DNA of 64,000 nt from Gemmatimonadales bacterium (GTDB lineage Bacteria > Gemmatimonadota > Gemmatimonadetes > Gemmatimonadales > GWC2-71-9): positions 125,908 through 189,907 of the forward strand of contig JBBCJC010000002.1 of assembly GCA_037189525.1 (NCBI GenBank), in the 5' to 3' direction. Positions within the stretch are counted from its first letter, which is position 1. Each line of letters begins with the position of its first letter. The notes under the pieces are model-generated. The model worked only from the letters and a program-made list of their open reading frames with translations. It had not been told where the DNA came from and did no database searches. A program made the position numbers and the translations under genes. Below, piece by piece: positions 63,666 to 64,000 of the stretch.

Positions 63666-64000
63666 CTATTGCGCGGGGATCGTGGTCCATGCCGAGAGCA
63701 CCTCTCCCGTGGGTTGGACATAGCGCGCCCAAACGGTGTCTCCCGCCTGTACCTGCAGTCGGTAGTCACCGGGCACCCCCGAACCTCCTACCGCCGCGAC
63801 TGCAAAGTCACCGTACTGTCCCGCCGGAACGGGGCCCCAAGCCCTACGATAGCTATTCTCGACCCAGTCGACCGAAGACCATCGCGAAATGATCTTGGCG
63901 GCCTCTTTCCAACCCAATGGGCCTACGACCCGAATGTGGATTGCCCGACCCTGAAGAAGCGAGGTCACGAACTGAGCATGGATTCCGGGCAAAAGCTGAA
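63666..64000 (-). CDS. Hypothetical protein, 5'-truncated by the window edge
   Basis: The ORF is open to the window end, with no in-frame stop between 63992 and 64000. The C-terminus is beta-rich (GDYRLQVQAGDTVWARYVQPTGEV). No family recognised. Confidence 0.4.
   Translation of the reverse strand, partial: QLLPGIHAQFVTSLLQGRAIHIRVVGPLGWKEAAKIISRWSSVDWVENSYRRAWGPVPAGQYGDFAVAAVGGSGVPGDYRLQVQAGDTVWARYVQPTGEVLSAWTTIPAQ

Noticed and set aside
1-64000. Mobile elements, integrases, prophage genes, CRISPR arrays, rRNA/tRNA genes
   Set aside because: I looked for transposase/integrase motifs (DDE, tyrosine recombinase R-H-R-Y context), direct-repeat arrays and tRNA-like cloverleaves in every intergenic gap over 80 nt, and found none.

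Overview
High-GC bacterial chromosomal window (coding lines I spot-counted are about 60-70% G+C). It is densely coding on both strands, with about 50 genes. I recognised no rRNA, tRNA, CRISPR array, transposase, integrase or prophage genes. All family calls come from motif recognition in the supplied translations, and no database search was run. Gene content suggests a Gemmatimonadota/Acidobacteriota-like soil bacterium: many secreted hydrolases, PD40-propeller amidohydrolases, a TPR Ser/Thr kinase and UPF0182 (inference only).

About 14 genes encode hydrolases:
- two roughly 1130-aa propeller-amidohydrolase paralogs
- three beta-lactamase-fold serine hydrolases
- three S9 peptidases
- M28 and M14 peptidases
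- an amidase
- an Ntn penicillin-acylase-type enzyme
- a GH38 mannosidase
- a BNR propeller protein

Housekeeping genes include pabB/pabA, lspA, a CobB sirtuin and an acyl-CoA synthetase. There is also a PIN/AbrB toxin-antitoxin pair.

The most unusual locus is a 6-kb, SD-coupled two-gene signalling module at 40381-46413. Gene 1 is a membrane sensor whose kinase core looks degenerate. Gene 2 is a sensor-less soluble hybrid kinase with a pseudo-receiver, a roughly 485-aa hyper-acidic region almost free of Lys/Arg, and HPt-like domains. In both genes the canonical phospho-accepting His of the HPt-like domain is replaced (Asn in gene 1, Gln in gene 2). The module follows a 43% G+C island and has no adjacent response regulator.

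Other points worth a second look:
- a di-iron (ExxH x2) protein translationally coupled to GH38
- a nine-fold Cys-pair repeat protein with a His-rich insert
- a stand-alone AP2-like DNA-binding protein
- a GNAT/sirtuin/acyl-CoA-synthetase cluster
- several long perfect palindromic intergenic structures
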